NCBI GenBank assembly: GCA_964632315.1
Contig: CAZWEM010000032.1
Location: 1 to 51,969, forward strand
Source: an uncultured archaeon
GTDB taxonomy: Archaea > Asgardarchaeota > Lokiarchaeia > Sigyniarchaeales > SOKP01
DNA: 51,969 bases
Direction: 5' to 3'
The translations under genes were made by a program, and so were the position numbers. Within the stretch, counting starts at the first letter, position 1. Each line of letters begins with the position of its first letter. Below the pieces are notes generated by a model that was not told where the DNA came from, ran no database searches, and saw nothing but the letters and a program-made list of their open reading frames with translations. Shown in pieces: positions 10,230 through 20,164 of this stretch.

Positions 10230-10457
10230 TTGTATTCCTATATGCAAAAATTAAAGCATTTTCAAGTTTATAGTGATTCTAAAAAAAAGGCGATTAATAT
10301 CCTCGTTGATAAAATTTGGATTCAAAATAATCGTATTTATTTTCGAATTATGGAGAATTTGTGCCCAAAACTCCAATTAAGACAAGAAAAAGAACCACAT
10401 ATTTATTCCATTGATATTAATGATTTATTCAGTATAAGATGTAGATTATACTTTTGA
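10230..10457 (+). CDS. Small hypothetical protein
   Basis: 75-aa ORF; the true start may be the ATG at 10242. Confidence 0.5.
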   Translation: MYSYMQKLKHFQVYSDSKKKAINILVDKIWIQNNRIYFRIMENLCPKLQLRQEKEPHIYSIDINDLFSIRCRLYF

Positions 10458-10462
10458 AAAAA

Positions 10463-10837
10463 TTATTCACTAATTTTTGTTCCACAATGGGCGCAGTACT
10501 GAATATTTTCACTTGTTATGGGCTCACCGCAGTACGCACAATATCGAACTGATTCTTTATTATGAGAATCTAGAGATGATGAGTTTGAATTAAAACCCTC
10601 TTGATATTGAGATCTCTTTGAAGAATCAAGTTCACTTAAAGGAGGACCAACTACACTATTACAATGAACACACCGATTTAGAGGCTTATTATAATATGTT
10701 ATTAAATAAATCACCAAACCGATTCCTGCTGTGAAAATAAGTAAAATGATGGCCAAACAGACGTCAATATCTTCTCTTTTGAGTAAAACATTCTGTTTAC
10801 AATGATTACAATAACCGATTTGATTCATCATTGACAA
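10463..10837 (-). CDS. Zinc-ribbon membrane protein (CxxC-hydrophobic hairpin-CxxC, LITAF-like, plus C-terminal double zinc ribbon)
   Basis: CNHC...hydrophobic stretch...CVHC, then CAYCG and CAHCG. Confidence 0.75.
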   Translation of the reverse strand: MSMMNQIGYCNHCKQNVLLKREDIDVCLAIILLIFTAGIGLVIYLITYYNKPLNRCVHCNSVVGPPLSELDSSKRSQYQEGFNSNSSSLDSHNKESVRYCAYCGEPITSENIQYCAHCGTKISE

Positions 10838-11019
10838 GGTTAATTTCCCCTAATCATTTTCTCATAAGATTGTTGAATAAAAATATGAGATTATTAATTT
10901 ATTTTTATTCCTTACTCGAAATTAAAGGTAAATGAAATAATCAATAATTTAAGAAATAAATAACATTTTCTTACATTAGTTTAGAATTTTAACTATCTAA
11001 AATTATTTATTAAAATAAG

Positions 11020-11643
11020 ATGCCCCAAAAATCATTGTTCATTGTTTTAGAAGGAATTGACGGATCAGGAACCACTACACACTCTAAGTTACTTTATGGA
11101 TTTTTAAAAATGTTTGATCTTAAAGTACATTTAACTCAAGAACCATCTAATAATGAGATTGGTTTGTTACTTAGAAAATTTTTAAAGAATAAGGAAATCC
11201 CTCCTAGTACTGATGCCCTAATGTTTGCCGCTGACAGAGATCTACATTATAAGAGTGAAATTAAACCAAAATTAGATCAAGGTTATATAGTTATCTCTGA
11301 TAGGTACTTAGAATCATCATTAATATATCAATCGCTTCAATCTGAGGACATAAGTTTAGATTGGGTCAAAGTAATAAATAAGTATGCCCCACCACCAGAT
11401 TTAACCATTATATTAGATATAGATCCTAAAATATCTCTTTCACGTAAAATGCAAGAGAGTTTAGAAAAGTTCGAAGATACTACGTTTTTAGACAGAGTTC
11501 GAGAACTTTATCTTTCACGAGCTAAAACTAATGGGTATCATCTCATAAATACTGATGATATCATTGAGATTGTACAGGGAAAAATTCAAAAAATAGTGTT
11601 CCAAAGTATAAAAAATAAAGGTTTGGAAATTAAAAATAAATAA
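11020..11643 (+). CDS. tmk: Thymidylate kinase
   Basis: FIVLEGIDGSGTTT, LMFAADR, ISDRY, PDLTIILD. Confidence 0.93.
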   Translation: MPQKSLFIVLEGIDGSGTTTHSKLLYGFLKMFDLKVHLTQEPSNNEIGLLLRKFLKNKEIPPSTDALMFAADRDLHYKSEIKPKLDQGYIVISDRYLESSLIYQSLQSEDISLDWVKVINKYAPPPDLTIILDIDPKISLSRKMQESLEKFEDTTFLDRVRELYLSRAKTNGYHLINTDDIIEIVQGKIQKIVFQSIKNKGLEIKNK

Positions 11644-11692
11644 AGATAAATTTAGTCTTAAACTTTTCAGAAGTGGGTTAATTTTTCAAATT

Positions 11693-13003
11693 ATGACGAT
11701 CTTAGAAAGGGAGAATTTTATTCGTCCAGAGGAAATTCAAAAACCTCAATTTCAGAAAGAGAGATTGAGAAATTTTATCAATAAATTCAGTTTTCCTCGA
11801 TTGGCTGGAACAAAAGCTGAAGAAAGAGCAACAAAATTAACTTTTGAGACATTTAAAGAACTGGGATTTGAAGAAAAGCAAGTTTTAATGAGAAAATTTG
11901 AATTCTCAGATTTTTATTCTACCACATTGATTAAGTTAATAATGAGCATGAATCTAATTTTTAACTTAATTCTAATACTTTTTGTGTTCATCTACGTGAT
12001 ATTAAGCATCTTTTTTACGCTTTTTATGATCATCATCGTAATGTTGATTGTGAAGGGCTTAAAACATCCAGAAAATCCAGGTTTTTGGGGGGAATATTTT
12101 GGTGTAAATTTGGAAGCAACAAATGTAATTACTAAAATCCCAGCGAGTTCGATTTCGGAATCAGAAGCGGGTAATATCATTATTTCTGCTCATATTGATT
12201 CTAAATCACAGTCATATACCACTTTTTTTAGAGTTTTTTTATATAAATTATGGCTTTACGGGGGAATCGCAATGGCTTTCTTTTATATCCTTTTTTTAAT
12301 CGTACTTTTTGCTAATATTCCTTTCGATTATAGATTTACTTTATATGGTGCTTGGATTTCGGTAAGTATAGTATCTACTTCCAATCTATTTTTGATGTTT
12401 TTGAATACCCATAATAAGTCTCCAGGCGCTTTGGATAACGCCTCAGGAATGGCTATAGTATTTGAACTAAGCAAGTTTTTCTTAAAAAACCCATTAAATA
12501 ATTTCAATATCTGGTTTTGTCAATTTTCTGCTGAAGAATTGGGAACAATGGGATCTCGCATATTTGTGAATGATAATGAAAATCTATTCGTCAAAGGTCG
12601 GGTTTTTCAAATTAATTTTGATATGATTTCCTGTAAAAACCATAAAAAGAATGAAATTGAATTTTTTAAATCATATGGAACTTTATTCAGAAAAATTAAT
12701 TCTCCACTGCTTAGCAAGTATTTTGAAATCTCAGCAAAAAAGGAGAGCATTTCATTAAAGGGATTTAATTTAAGTACTGGTGCACATACTGATACCGTTC
12801 CCTTTCATATGAGAGGATGGGATGCCATAGATATTACCACAAGAGCAGCAGCAAAGTACACACACACCAAAAAAGATATTCCTGAAAAAGTGGATGCTTC
12901 AGTATTGTTCGATACCTGTTTAATTACTCAAGGTGCCATCAAAATGATTGATGACGATTATAAAAAATTATGTGAAAATAATGAAATATTCTGCGGGGTA
13001 TAA
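11693..13003 (+). CDS. Membrane-anchored M28-family metallopeptidase
   Basis: SAHIDSK, PGALDNASG, SAEELG, NFDM; TM segments. Confidence 0.85.
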   Translation: MTILERENFIRPEEIQKPQFQKERLRNFINKFSFPRLAGTKAEERATKLTFETFKELGFEEKQVLMRKFEFSDFYSTTLIKLIMSMNLIFNLILILFVFIYVILSIFFTLFMIIIVMLIVKGLKHPENPGFWGEYFGVNLEATNVITKIPASSISESEAGNIIISAHIDSKSQSYTTFFRVFLYKLWLYGGIAMAFFYILFLIVLFANIPFDYRFTLYGAWISVSIVSTSNLFLMFLNTHNKSPGALDNASGMAIVFELSKFFLKNPLNNFNIWFCQFSAEELGTMGSRIFVNDNENLFVKGRVFQINFDMISCKNHKKNEIEFFKSYGTLFRKINSPLLSKYFEISAKKESISLKGFNLSTGAHTDTVPFHMRGWDAIDITTRAAAKYTHTKKDIPEKVDASVLFDTCLITQGAIKMIDDDYKKLCENNEIFCGV

Positions 13004-14262
13004 TGTCTCTAACAATTACAGAAAAGATTTTACGAAAACATTGTCCAGAAAAGAATATATCACCAGGACAATTCATCGAGGCAGAAATAGATTTAATAAT
13101 GGTTCATGAACAATTAGGAGGAAGAATTCATGAAGAATATGAAAAACTTGAGATAGATTACGTTTGGGATCCAAATAAGATCTTCTTTATTCTTGATCAC
13201 TGGGTACCTGCTCCTACAATAAATGCGGCAAAAATGCACCAAGATTGTATAAAATTTGCTCAAAAATTTAAATTTGTTCATAATATGGGCATGAATAAAG
13301 GAATTTGCCACCAAGTCCTCCCAGAAATGGGTTTTGCAAGGCCCGGGATGCTTATTGTCGGTTCTGATAGTCATACTACTACTTATGGTGCTTTTAACTG
13401 TTTATCAACAGGCATTGGAGCTACAGACGTGTCAGTCGTATTTGCTACAGGGAAATTATGGTTTAGAGTGCCCGAATCTTTTAAAATAATATTGAATAAT
13501 ACACTTCATAAAGCGGTTATGTCAAAAGATTTCATTTTAACGATGATAGGAGAAATGTCAACAAAGGGTGCTATTTATAAAGCTTTAGAATTCCATGGTT
13601 CCGGATCTAAATGGTTATCTATTGATTCCAGAATGACAATTGCGAATATGGTCGTAGAGGCTGGTGCTAAATTCGGTGTCTTCTTACCAGATGACAAGCT
13701 AAAAAATTGGTTGAAAAAACGGACTATTCTACCTTATGATTTTATAACACCCGATGAAAAAGCGGAATATGAAAAGGAATATGAATTTGATTTATCGGAA
13801 ATAACACCTGTTGTAGCTAAACCTTCTAATCCGGGAAATGTAGTGGTTGTAGAAGAAATTCAAGGTGAAGAAATAGACCAAGCATTCTTGGGAAGTTGCA
13901 CTAACGGAAGATTGGAAGACCTACGTATAGCAGCTAAGATATTGAAAGGAAAAAAAATCGATTCTAAAACCAGACTAATTGTCACACCGGCATCACGAGA
14001 AATTTATATGGATGCAATGTCCGAAGGATTAATCGAGATATTTTTGAAAGCTGGGGCAATTGTCACACATTCAACTTGTGGTGCTTGCATAGGTGGTCAT
14101 CTAGGCGTGTTAGGTCCCGATGAAAGATGCGTTAGTAGTACTAATAGAAATTTTATCGGAAGGATGGGAGATCCTTCATCTGAAATATTTTTAGCATCAC
14201 CGGCAACTGTAGCGGCTTCTGCTTTAAAAGGAAAAATAACTGATCCGAGGGATTATCTATAA
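13003..14262 (+). CDS. leuC: 3-isopropylmalate dehydratase/homoaconitase large subunit (LeuC/HacA family)
   Basis: DH motif, GICHQV, GSDSHTTTYGA, GSCTNGR, CGACIGGH, STNRNFIGRMG. Confidence 0.9.
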   Translation: MSLTITEKILRKHCPEKNISPGQFIEAEIDLIMVHEQLGGRIHEEYEKLEIDYVWDPNKIFFILDHWVPAPTINAAKMHQDCIKFAQKFKFVHNMGMNKGICHQVLPEMGFARPGMLIVGSDSHTTTYGAFNCLSTGIGATDVSVVFATGKLWFRVPESFKIILNNTLHKAVMSKDFILTMIGEMSTKGAIYKALEFHGSGSKWLSIDSRMTIANMVVEAGAKFGVFLPDDKLKNWLKKRTILPYDFITPDEKAEYEKEYEFDLSEITPVVAKPSNPGNVVVVEEIQGEEIDQAFLGSCTNGRLEDLRIAAKILKGKKIDSKTRLIVTPASREIYMDAMSEGLIEIFLKAGAIVTHSTCGACIGGHLGVLGPDERCVSSTNRNFIGRMGDPSSEIFLASPATVAASALKGKITDPRDYL

Positions 14263-14263
14263 A

Positions 14264-14764
14264 ATGAAAGAGATTCTTGGATATGCTTATGTCCTAGGAG
14301 ATGATATTAACACAGATGATATCGTTCCAAGTTTTACTTTAACTATGAGAGATGCAAATGAAATGGCTAACCATGCCTTAGAATATATTGACCCTAATTT
14401 TGCAGAAAGAGCTTCAAAGGACTTGATAATTGTCGCAGGCCATAATTTTGGTACAGGAAGTTCTCGAGAAGAAGCGGTGAATGTGTTTAAAATTCTAGGG
14501 ATTAAAGCCATTATTGCAAAATCATTTTCAAGAATATATTTTAGAAACCTCATTAATAATGGAATGATGAGTATTATCTGTGATTGGGATGAGAATATAA
14601 TTTCGAATGATGATGAATTAGAAATTTCAATTGAAAAAGGAAAAATCTACAACCAAACTAAAGATATTGTTTTTGAATTTACAAAACTTCCATCATTTCT
14701 AAAGGATATAATAGAATCTGGTGGAATTTTGAACCAATTAAAGCATAAAATAAAATCAGATTAA
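14264..14764 (+). CDS. leuD: 3-isopropylmalate dehydratase/homoaconitase small subunit (LeuD/HacB family)
   Basis: GDDINTDDI, NFGTGSSRE, SFSRIYFRN. Confidence 0.9.
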   Translation: MKEILGYAYVLGDDINTDDIVPSFTLTMRDANEMANHALEYIDPNFAERASKDLIIVAGHNFGTGSSREEAVNVFKILGIKAIIAKSFSRIYFRNLINNGMMSIICDWDENIISNDDELEISIEKGKIYNQTKDIVFEFTKLPSFLKDIIESGGILNQLKHKIKSD

Positions 14765-15289
14765 AGAATTAATTTCTTCTTGAATCCCTTGTATTCTTTT
14801 TCTTGATTTAATAAGTATTTTTGTTTTACCATACTTCGAAAACCACTTTTCAAATCTTTGGCTGATCGAAACCTCTCTACTTCCCGCAGTGAGTTTATCG
14901 GCTAAACAAATGATTTTTTCTTCTAAAGATTGGGGAAGGTAATCTCTTTCTGGTAAACCAACTTGTACTGCATCTTCTTTATCTAAACCTCCCAAAATGT
15001 GCCTTTCGCATATTTTAACAAGACTTTCTGGAAGTCCTCTCTGTTTTAAAATTTTTCCTCCAATCAATGCGTGCTTGAAACTATGTGTCTTTGATCGCCC
15101 GACATCGTGAAGTAGAGCTCCGATCTCAACTAAATCTTTATTAACTTCTACTTTTTTGATTTTGTCCGCTATTTCTAAAGCTTTTTCTGCAACCTTAATC
15201 GAATGCTTTCGGACTTGATAAGGAACCTTTAAATTTTTAAGTAGATCAAATGCAAAATCCCTTGTAGGTAAAGGTTCTTCTTTTTCCAT
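14756..15289 (-). CDS. HD-domain (HDIG) phosphohydrolase
   Basis: HS...LLHDVGRS...ERH...ADK, as in archaeal TIGR00295-like proteins. Confidence 0.85.
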   Translation of the reverse strand: MEKEEPLPTRDFAFDLLKNLKVPYQVRKHSIKVAEKALEIADKIKKVEVNKDLVEIGALLHDVGRSKTHSFKHALIGGKILKQRGLPESLVKICERHILGGLDKEDAVQVGLPERDYLPQSLEEKIICLADKLTAGSREVSISQRFEKWFSKYGKTKILIKSRKRIQGIQEEINSLI

Positions 15290-15372
15290 TGAATTTGAAA
15301 ATTAATTATAAACTTTAAATTTTGTTCTATCTGAAATCTCTACAAACAAAAGACGAAACTTTTATTATTTGA

Positions 15373-15858
15373 TTAATATTCCTCATAAGGTCCCGCAATT
15401 AAGCCTCCCAAAAACCCTCCTAATATTGAACCTACCATTGCGCTTAAAATTCCACCCGCCGTAGAGATTAATTGGGCACCTTGAAATAAAGCCATTAAAT
15501 CTTCTCCCGCAACTACGCTTAAAAGCATCCAAATTAGTAAATCAATTACAATAACCAATATTCCTACGGTTAACCCTCGCTTAACTCCTTTAGCAATGGT
15601 ACCGCTTAAATATCCAATAAAGATACTTGCTAGTAGTTGAGGTGCAAAAAATTCGATAATATTTGGCGTGCCTGTAAAAAAAGAGATTAAATCAAATTCA
15701 AAATTAGCACCAATCATTAATATAACAACCCTTAAAGGATCTGAACCTAAATAAAGTTGAATGCGAATTATAACATCTTCCATGTTAAAAAAGAATGCAG
15801 TTAAAAAACTAAAACATATTCCAACAATTATTCCAATTATTAATCGATAAGAAACCAT
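15373..15858 (-). CDS. Hypothetical membrane protein (4 TM)
   Basis: Hydrophobic, Gly-rich TM helices. Confidence 0.7.
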   Translation of the reverse strand: MVSYRLIIGIIVGICFSFLTAFFFNMEDVIIRIQLYLGSDPLRVVILMIGANFEFDLISFFTGTPNIIEFFAPQLLASIFIGYLSGTIAKGVKRGLTVGILVIVIDLLIWMLLSVVAGEDLMALFQGAQLISTAGGILSAMVGSILGGFLGGLIAGPYEEY

Positions 15859-16063
15859 TTCCCCGAATTATCAAGAAAATTTAATTATGAATTTAGTTAA
15901 AAAATATATTAATATTTATAATAACCATTATTTATTAATTCTTTAGTTCTTGAGGTTTCTGAAGTCTTCTATTAATAAAATATTAAAATTATGGTATTTT
16001 ATTTAACTTAATTTACATCTTATTTTATTAATTAAAATAATCACTAATCACAAGGTCTATAAA

Positions 16064-16882
16064 TTGGCAAGAAAGAAAAAAAAAGTAGAAAAGCCGGAGA
16101 AAGATGAAGAGACTACTGATGAAATCGATTTTGACAAAGATTTTATCGAAGACTTCGAAGAAGATTTTGAAGAGGATCTTGATTTGGAAGAAGAATTAGA
16201 CCTCCTTGATACAGACGACCTTGAAGCCGAAATCGAGGGGCCTGAGACCATCATAGATAAGGATGAAGAGAAAAAGCAGCTATATCTTAGTTGCGGGATT
16301 CATATAGGAACAAAATTATTAACTGGAGATGCTCGGAGATTCATATACAGACAAACAAATTATGGGCTCTATGTCATCGATCTAACTAAAACTGATGAGC
16401 GTTTAGGCATAGCTGCTAAGTTTTTAAGCAAATATATTGAAGAAGGAAGTGATCGGGTTATTGTCACTTCGGTCAGGCGTTATGGCAAAGAACCAGTAAA
16501 AAAATTCTGTCAGGTATTAGGATGCAAAGCGATCACAGAACGATTTATCCCCGGCTCTCTGACAAATCCAATCATCGATGATTACATCAAAGATGCCTCG
16601 GTTGTTGTAATTGTAGACCCACACGCGGATAAAGTAATATTACGAGAGGCAAAACTCGCAAGGATTCCTGTAGTAGCATTATTTGATACAGATGATACCC
16701 TTGATGGAATAGATCTTGCAGTTCCTGCTAATAATAGAGGTAAAAAAGCATTAGGTCTTGCGTTTTGGCTTTTAGCACGGCAGATTATGTTGGAATTAGG
16801 AAAAATTTCGAGTGAAGATGAATTTCCTTATACCCTTGAAGAATTTACCTCCAAAATTGTTCCAGTATATCGACAAGAATAG
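16064..16882 (+). CDS. rps2: 30S ribosomal protein uS2 with acidic N-terminal extension
   Basis: GIHIGTK, GLYVIDL, RFIPGSLTNP, IPVVALFDTD, PANNRGKKALGL; TTG start. Confidence 0.95.
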   Translation: MARKKKKVEKPEKDEETTDEIDFDKDFIEDFEEDFEEDLDLEEELDLLDTDDLEAEIEGPETIIDKDEEKKQLYLSCGIHIGTKLLTGDARRFIYRQTNYGLYVIDLTKTDERLGIAAKFLSKYIEEGSDRVIVTSVRRYGKEPVKKFCQVLGCKAITERFIPGSLTNPIIDDYIKDASVVVIVDPHADKVILREAKLARIPVVALFDTDDTLDGIDLAVPANNRGKKALGLAFWLLARQIMLELGKISSEDEFPYTLEEFTSKIVPVYRQE

Positions 16883-17084
16883 CTTCTATTTCAGATTTTA
16901 GCTTTACCTTTATGATTCTTATCATTTTAATCTCTGATTATGATTTATTAGGTTCTTTTTCAATATGATTTTAATTGATATTTTCACATCCTGTATTTCT
17001 TTTATCTCATTCATGACAACTTTTTAATTATTCTTTATTTTTCTTTAATTGGATATAATAATTCAAAATGAAAGAGTCATTATT

Positions 17085-17861
17085 ATGAAAAAAATAGTTG
17101 CGTTTGCTGGGAAGGGTGGAGTTGGAAAAACAACGAGTCTTGTCTTATTTTTAAAATATGTCTTAGAATTAAAAAAAGCTCAAGATATTTTAGTTATAGA
17201 TTCTGATCCTGATGCTAATGTTGCGGACGTGATCGGACAAGAAGTGAATTTTTGCGATACAATAGGAGGTAAAATGAAAGTTTTAAAAGATAAGATTCAA
17301 GGAATGAAAATATCTCCCAATACACCTAAAAATCAATTAATAGAATCCGATGTTTATAATTGCTTAATAGAGATGGACGCTTTCGATCTTCTAGAGATGG
17401 GGCGCAGCGAGGGGGAAGGATGCTATTGTTTTATAAATGATGTCTTGAAAAAAGTCATAGATACACTTTCTAAGAACTATGATCTGACGCTACTTGATTC
17501 ACCTGCAGGATTGGAGCATTTTGCTCGTAAAACTGGACGAAATGTTACGGATCTCGTAATTGTTACTGATCCATCAAAAATGGGTATCCATACCTTAAAA
17601 AGAATCCTAGAAATAATTGATGAATTGACCCTGAACTTTGAAAACATCTGGATATTAGGTAATCGCTTTCCTGAAAATCTTAGAGATATTCTCGAACAAG
17701 AGATAAAAACTTTTAATAAGGATAATGTGAGGCTTCTTGGTTTCATTTCTAACGATGATGAAATTAGTAAAGTTAATCTCACGGGTGGAAACTTAATCGA
17801 CCTTTCTAAAGATAATCTTTCCTACAAAGAAGCAAAGTCAGTATTCGCTAATATTATATAG
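17085..17861 (+). CDS. CooC/AcsF-type nickel-insertion ATPase
   Basis: GKGGVGKTT, IDSDPDAN, GEGCYC, DSPAGLEHFAR. Confidence 0.88.
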   Translation: MKKIVAFAGKGGVGKTTSLVLFLKYVLELKKAQDILVIDSDPDANVADVIGQEVNFCDTIGGKMKVLKDKIQGMKISPNTPKNQLIESDVYNCLIEMDAFDLLEMGRSEGEGCYCFINDVLKKVIDTLSKNYDLTLLDSPAGLEHFARKTGRNVTDLVIVTDPSKMGIHTLKRILEIIDELTLNFENIWILGNRFPENLRDILEQEIKTFNKDNVRLLGFISNDDEISKVNLTGGNLIDLSKDNLSYKEAKSVFANII

Positions 17862-17977
17862 ACAAATTACCAAAATCCAAGACTCGCTAAATATGTTTTA
17901 AAAAATCTCTTTAGATTTTTAAATAGTTTAGTCTATATTTAATTTCTTTAATTTTTTCTGGATTTAAATGTTAGGTA

Positions 17978-18652
17978 TTACTTAGAAAATTCGTTAAGTT
18001 TTTTATAATGACTCTTAAATCGATTTTCAATACCCTTTCTCATCCCGGGTAATTGAAAACATTGTTCGGGAATCATTTTTTTGAAGTATGATTGATTTTC
18101 TCTTTCAGAAATGAATTGAGATTTATATAATGTCTCAAAAATATCCTTTCCAGAAAACTGGATATCCTTAAAGTATGGCATGATTGGACGATTTTTGCTA
18201 ATATTATCTATGACCTTGTCTAATGGTAATTTAAAATTATGTATTTTTCCTCTCTCATCAATGCTGCTGGTTAAGTTATTGTATTCATTAAATAAACATA
18301 TAACACACTGGGGCCATCGCTCATGAAAATAATGTAATACTCTATCGATCACTCTATGCTTAAGTAAAACAATTCCGTATAATACACCATGATTATTTAT
18401 CTCAGTACGGGTAAACTGTTTGGCACGATACGACTCAGTAGAGACTTCTCTCATCATTCGATTAATTCTTTTCGCAAAAAGAGAACCAGAATTACGAAAT
18501 ACCACCTCAGGAACCCTCCTTACTTTTTTTAGTAAGTCTGGATAAAAATCTTTATGTCTAGGTAAATTTTGAATCAATTCCTTATGTGAATATCCCCTAG
18601 CTCTCCCTATTACTTCCATAGGATCCTTTTGAGAATTTTTCACTGATATCAC
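17978..18652 (-). CDS. DUF4130 / TIGR03915-like putative DNA metabolism protein
   Basis: Directly downstream of the HhH radical SAM gene; motifs V..E.YRAKQFTR, HFxER-like YFHERWP, LYKSQFISEREN...KKMIP. Confidence 0.65.
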   Translation of the reverse strand: MISVKNSQKDPMEVIGRARGYSHKELIQNLPRHKDFYPDLLKKVRRVPEVVFRNSGSLFAKRINRMMREVSTESYRAKQFTRTEINNHGVLYGIVLLKHRVIDRVLHYFHERWPQCVICLFNEYNNLTSSIDERGKIHNFKLPLDKVIDNISKNRPIMPYFKDIQFSGKDIFETLYKSQFISERENQSYFKKMIPEQCFQLPGMRKGIENRFKSHYKKLNEFSK

Positions 18653-18662
18653 GTTACTCTAA

Positions 18663-19973
18663 TTAATCTTTACTTATGAAATTACTTAGGCTTGTTTGTG
18701 ATTTTCCATTAATCACAAGAAAAGGATCTGCACGTTTTAATACAACACCTACTGATTTAAGATCCTTTCTTTTGTTAAACTGAAAATTTTTATTTCTTAA
18801 ATTTAGAATTCTTTTAGCAGAAATTGGTCCAATACCAGGTACGCGTAGTAAATCCTGGTAAGATGCCTCATTTGGATTTATCAGATTATGATTTTCAAAA
18901 TATTTTTTGGCTAAGTGGATTTTTGGATCTCCATGAGGTAAATTACCTTCCTCATTAATTATTTCTCTCAACTCTTTTAATTTATAATGATAAATGCGTA
19001 AAAGCCAATCACTTTGATATAATCTATGTTCCCTAGCAAGAGATTCGGCTTGCTTCCCAGCCAGAGGAGTTCCTTCTATTGGAATAAAAGATGAGAAGTA
19101 AGCTCGCCTAAGATCAATGTCTTTATATCCCCAATCAATTCTTTTGAGTAAATCTAAATCACTTTCACCTTCTGCAGCACCCAATACAAACTGAGTTGTC
19201 TGTCCACTATTTAAAATAGGTGCTCCGTCCCAACGAAATGCTTTATACCCATTCTCCCTTCGTTGTTTAATCTTTTTTTCTTGGAATTTAATCCTTGAAT
19301 CCTTTTTTAGGTCTTTTATAATCTTTAAAGCTTCCTCGTTATGTCTATACCGAATGGATTTCAGCCATTTTTGGCGAAGGATGATGTCATTATAAAAATC
19401 CTTTTGTTCTGCAATTTCTGAAAGATAATCTTTAGTTGAAGCCTCTGAATTTATAGAAATTCTGTCTGATAATGATATTGCTTCTTTTAGGAGGTATTGA
19501 CTAACACCTGGTAGACATTTAAAATGAACATACCCTTGAAACTTATATTTAAATCGTAAAAGACGGATTGCTTCAAGCATCTCTTCGGTAGTCTTGTCAG
19601 CACTCCCACATACTCCTGAAGATATAAAAACACCTTCTACCACATTCATGGCATATAGTTTCATGAATGTTCGAGCATATTCTTCAGGTGTGAAGCTTAC
19701 TCTTTTTTTACAATTCTGAGAAAAACAATACTTGCAGTTATATATACATTTATTGGTATAAAGGGTCTTAAATAAACTCATACAACGACCATCAGGAGTA
19801 TAACTATGACAGATTCCAGCACTAGCTGTCCTCCCAATAAAATCCTTAGAGTTCCCAAAAAGACCTGGATATTGATCAGACCGACTTGAAGCTGTACTAG
19901 CGCATATGTCATATTTTGAATTCTCACCAAGAATCCGGATCTTCTCTAATGTGGACGGCAAATTATCCTTCAC
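18663..19973 (-). CDS. Putative DNA modification/repair radical SAM protein (TIGR03916-like) with helix-hairpin-helix
   Basis: KYDICAS, GICHSYTPDGRCMSLFK, CIYNCKYC, REHRLYQSDWLLRIY, LLRVPGIGPISAKRI. Confidence 0.9.
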   Translation of the reverse strand: MKDNLPSTLEKIRILGENSKYDICASTASSRSDQYPGLFGNSKDFIGRTASAGICHSYTPDGRCMSLFKTLYTNKCIYNCKYCFSQNCKKRVSFTPEEYARTFMKLYAMNVVEGVFISSGVCGSADKTTEEMLEAIRLLRFKYKFQGYVHFKCLPGVSQYLLKEAISLSDRISINSEASTKDYLSEIAEQKDFYNDIILRQKWLKSIRYRHNEEALKIIKDLKKDSRIKFQEKKIKQRRENGYKAFRWDGAPILNSGQTTQFVLGAAEGESDLDLLKRIDWGYKDIDLRRAYFSSFIPIEGTPLAGKQAESLAREHRLYQSDWLLRIYHYKLKELREIINEEGNLPHGDPKIHLAKKYFENHNLINPNEASYQDLLRVPGIGPISAKRILNLRNKNFQFNKRKDLKSVGVVLKRADPFLVINGKSQTSLSNFISKD

Positions 19974-20164
19974 AACTAAAATTATTATGTAGTCTCAGTA
20001 ATTAACTTTCTTGAAAATTGATTTATAAATAGTAGGAGTAAAAAAGATTATAGTTTATGAAACGATTAATAAAATTCTCAACTATGGGCAATATCTTTTT
20101 ATAACGCAAATATTTTTTAATTGAAATAATTATGTTTACTATCTCAAAATAAAAGGGATCTAAA

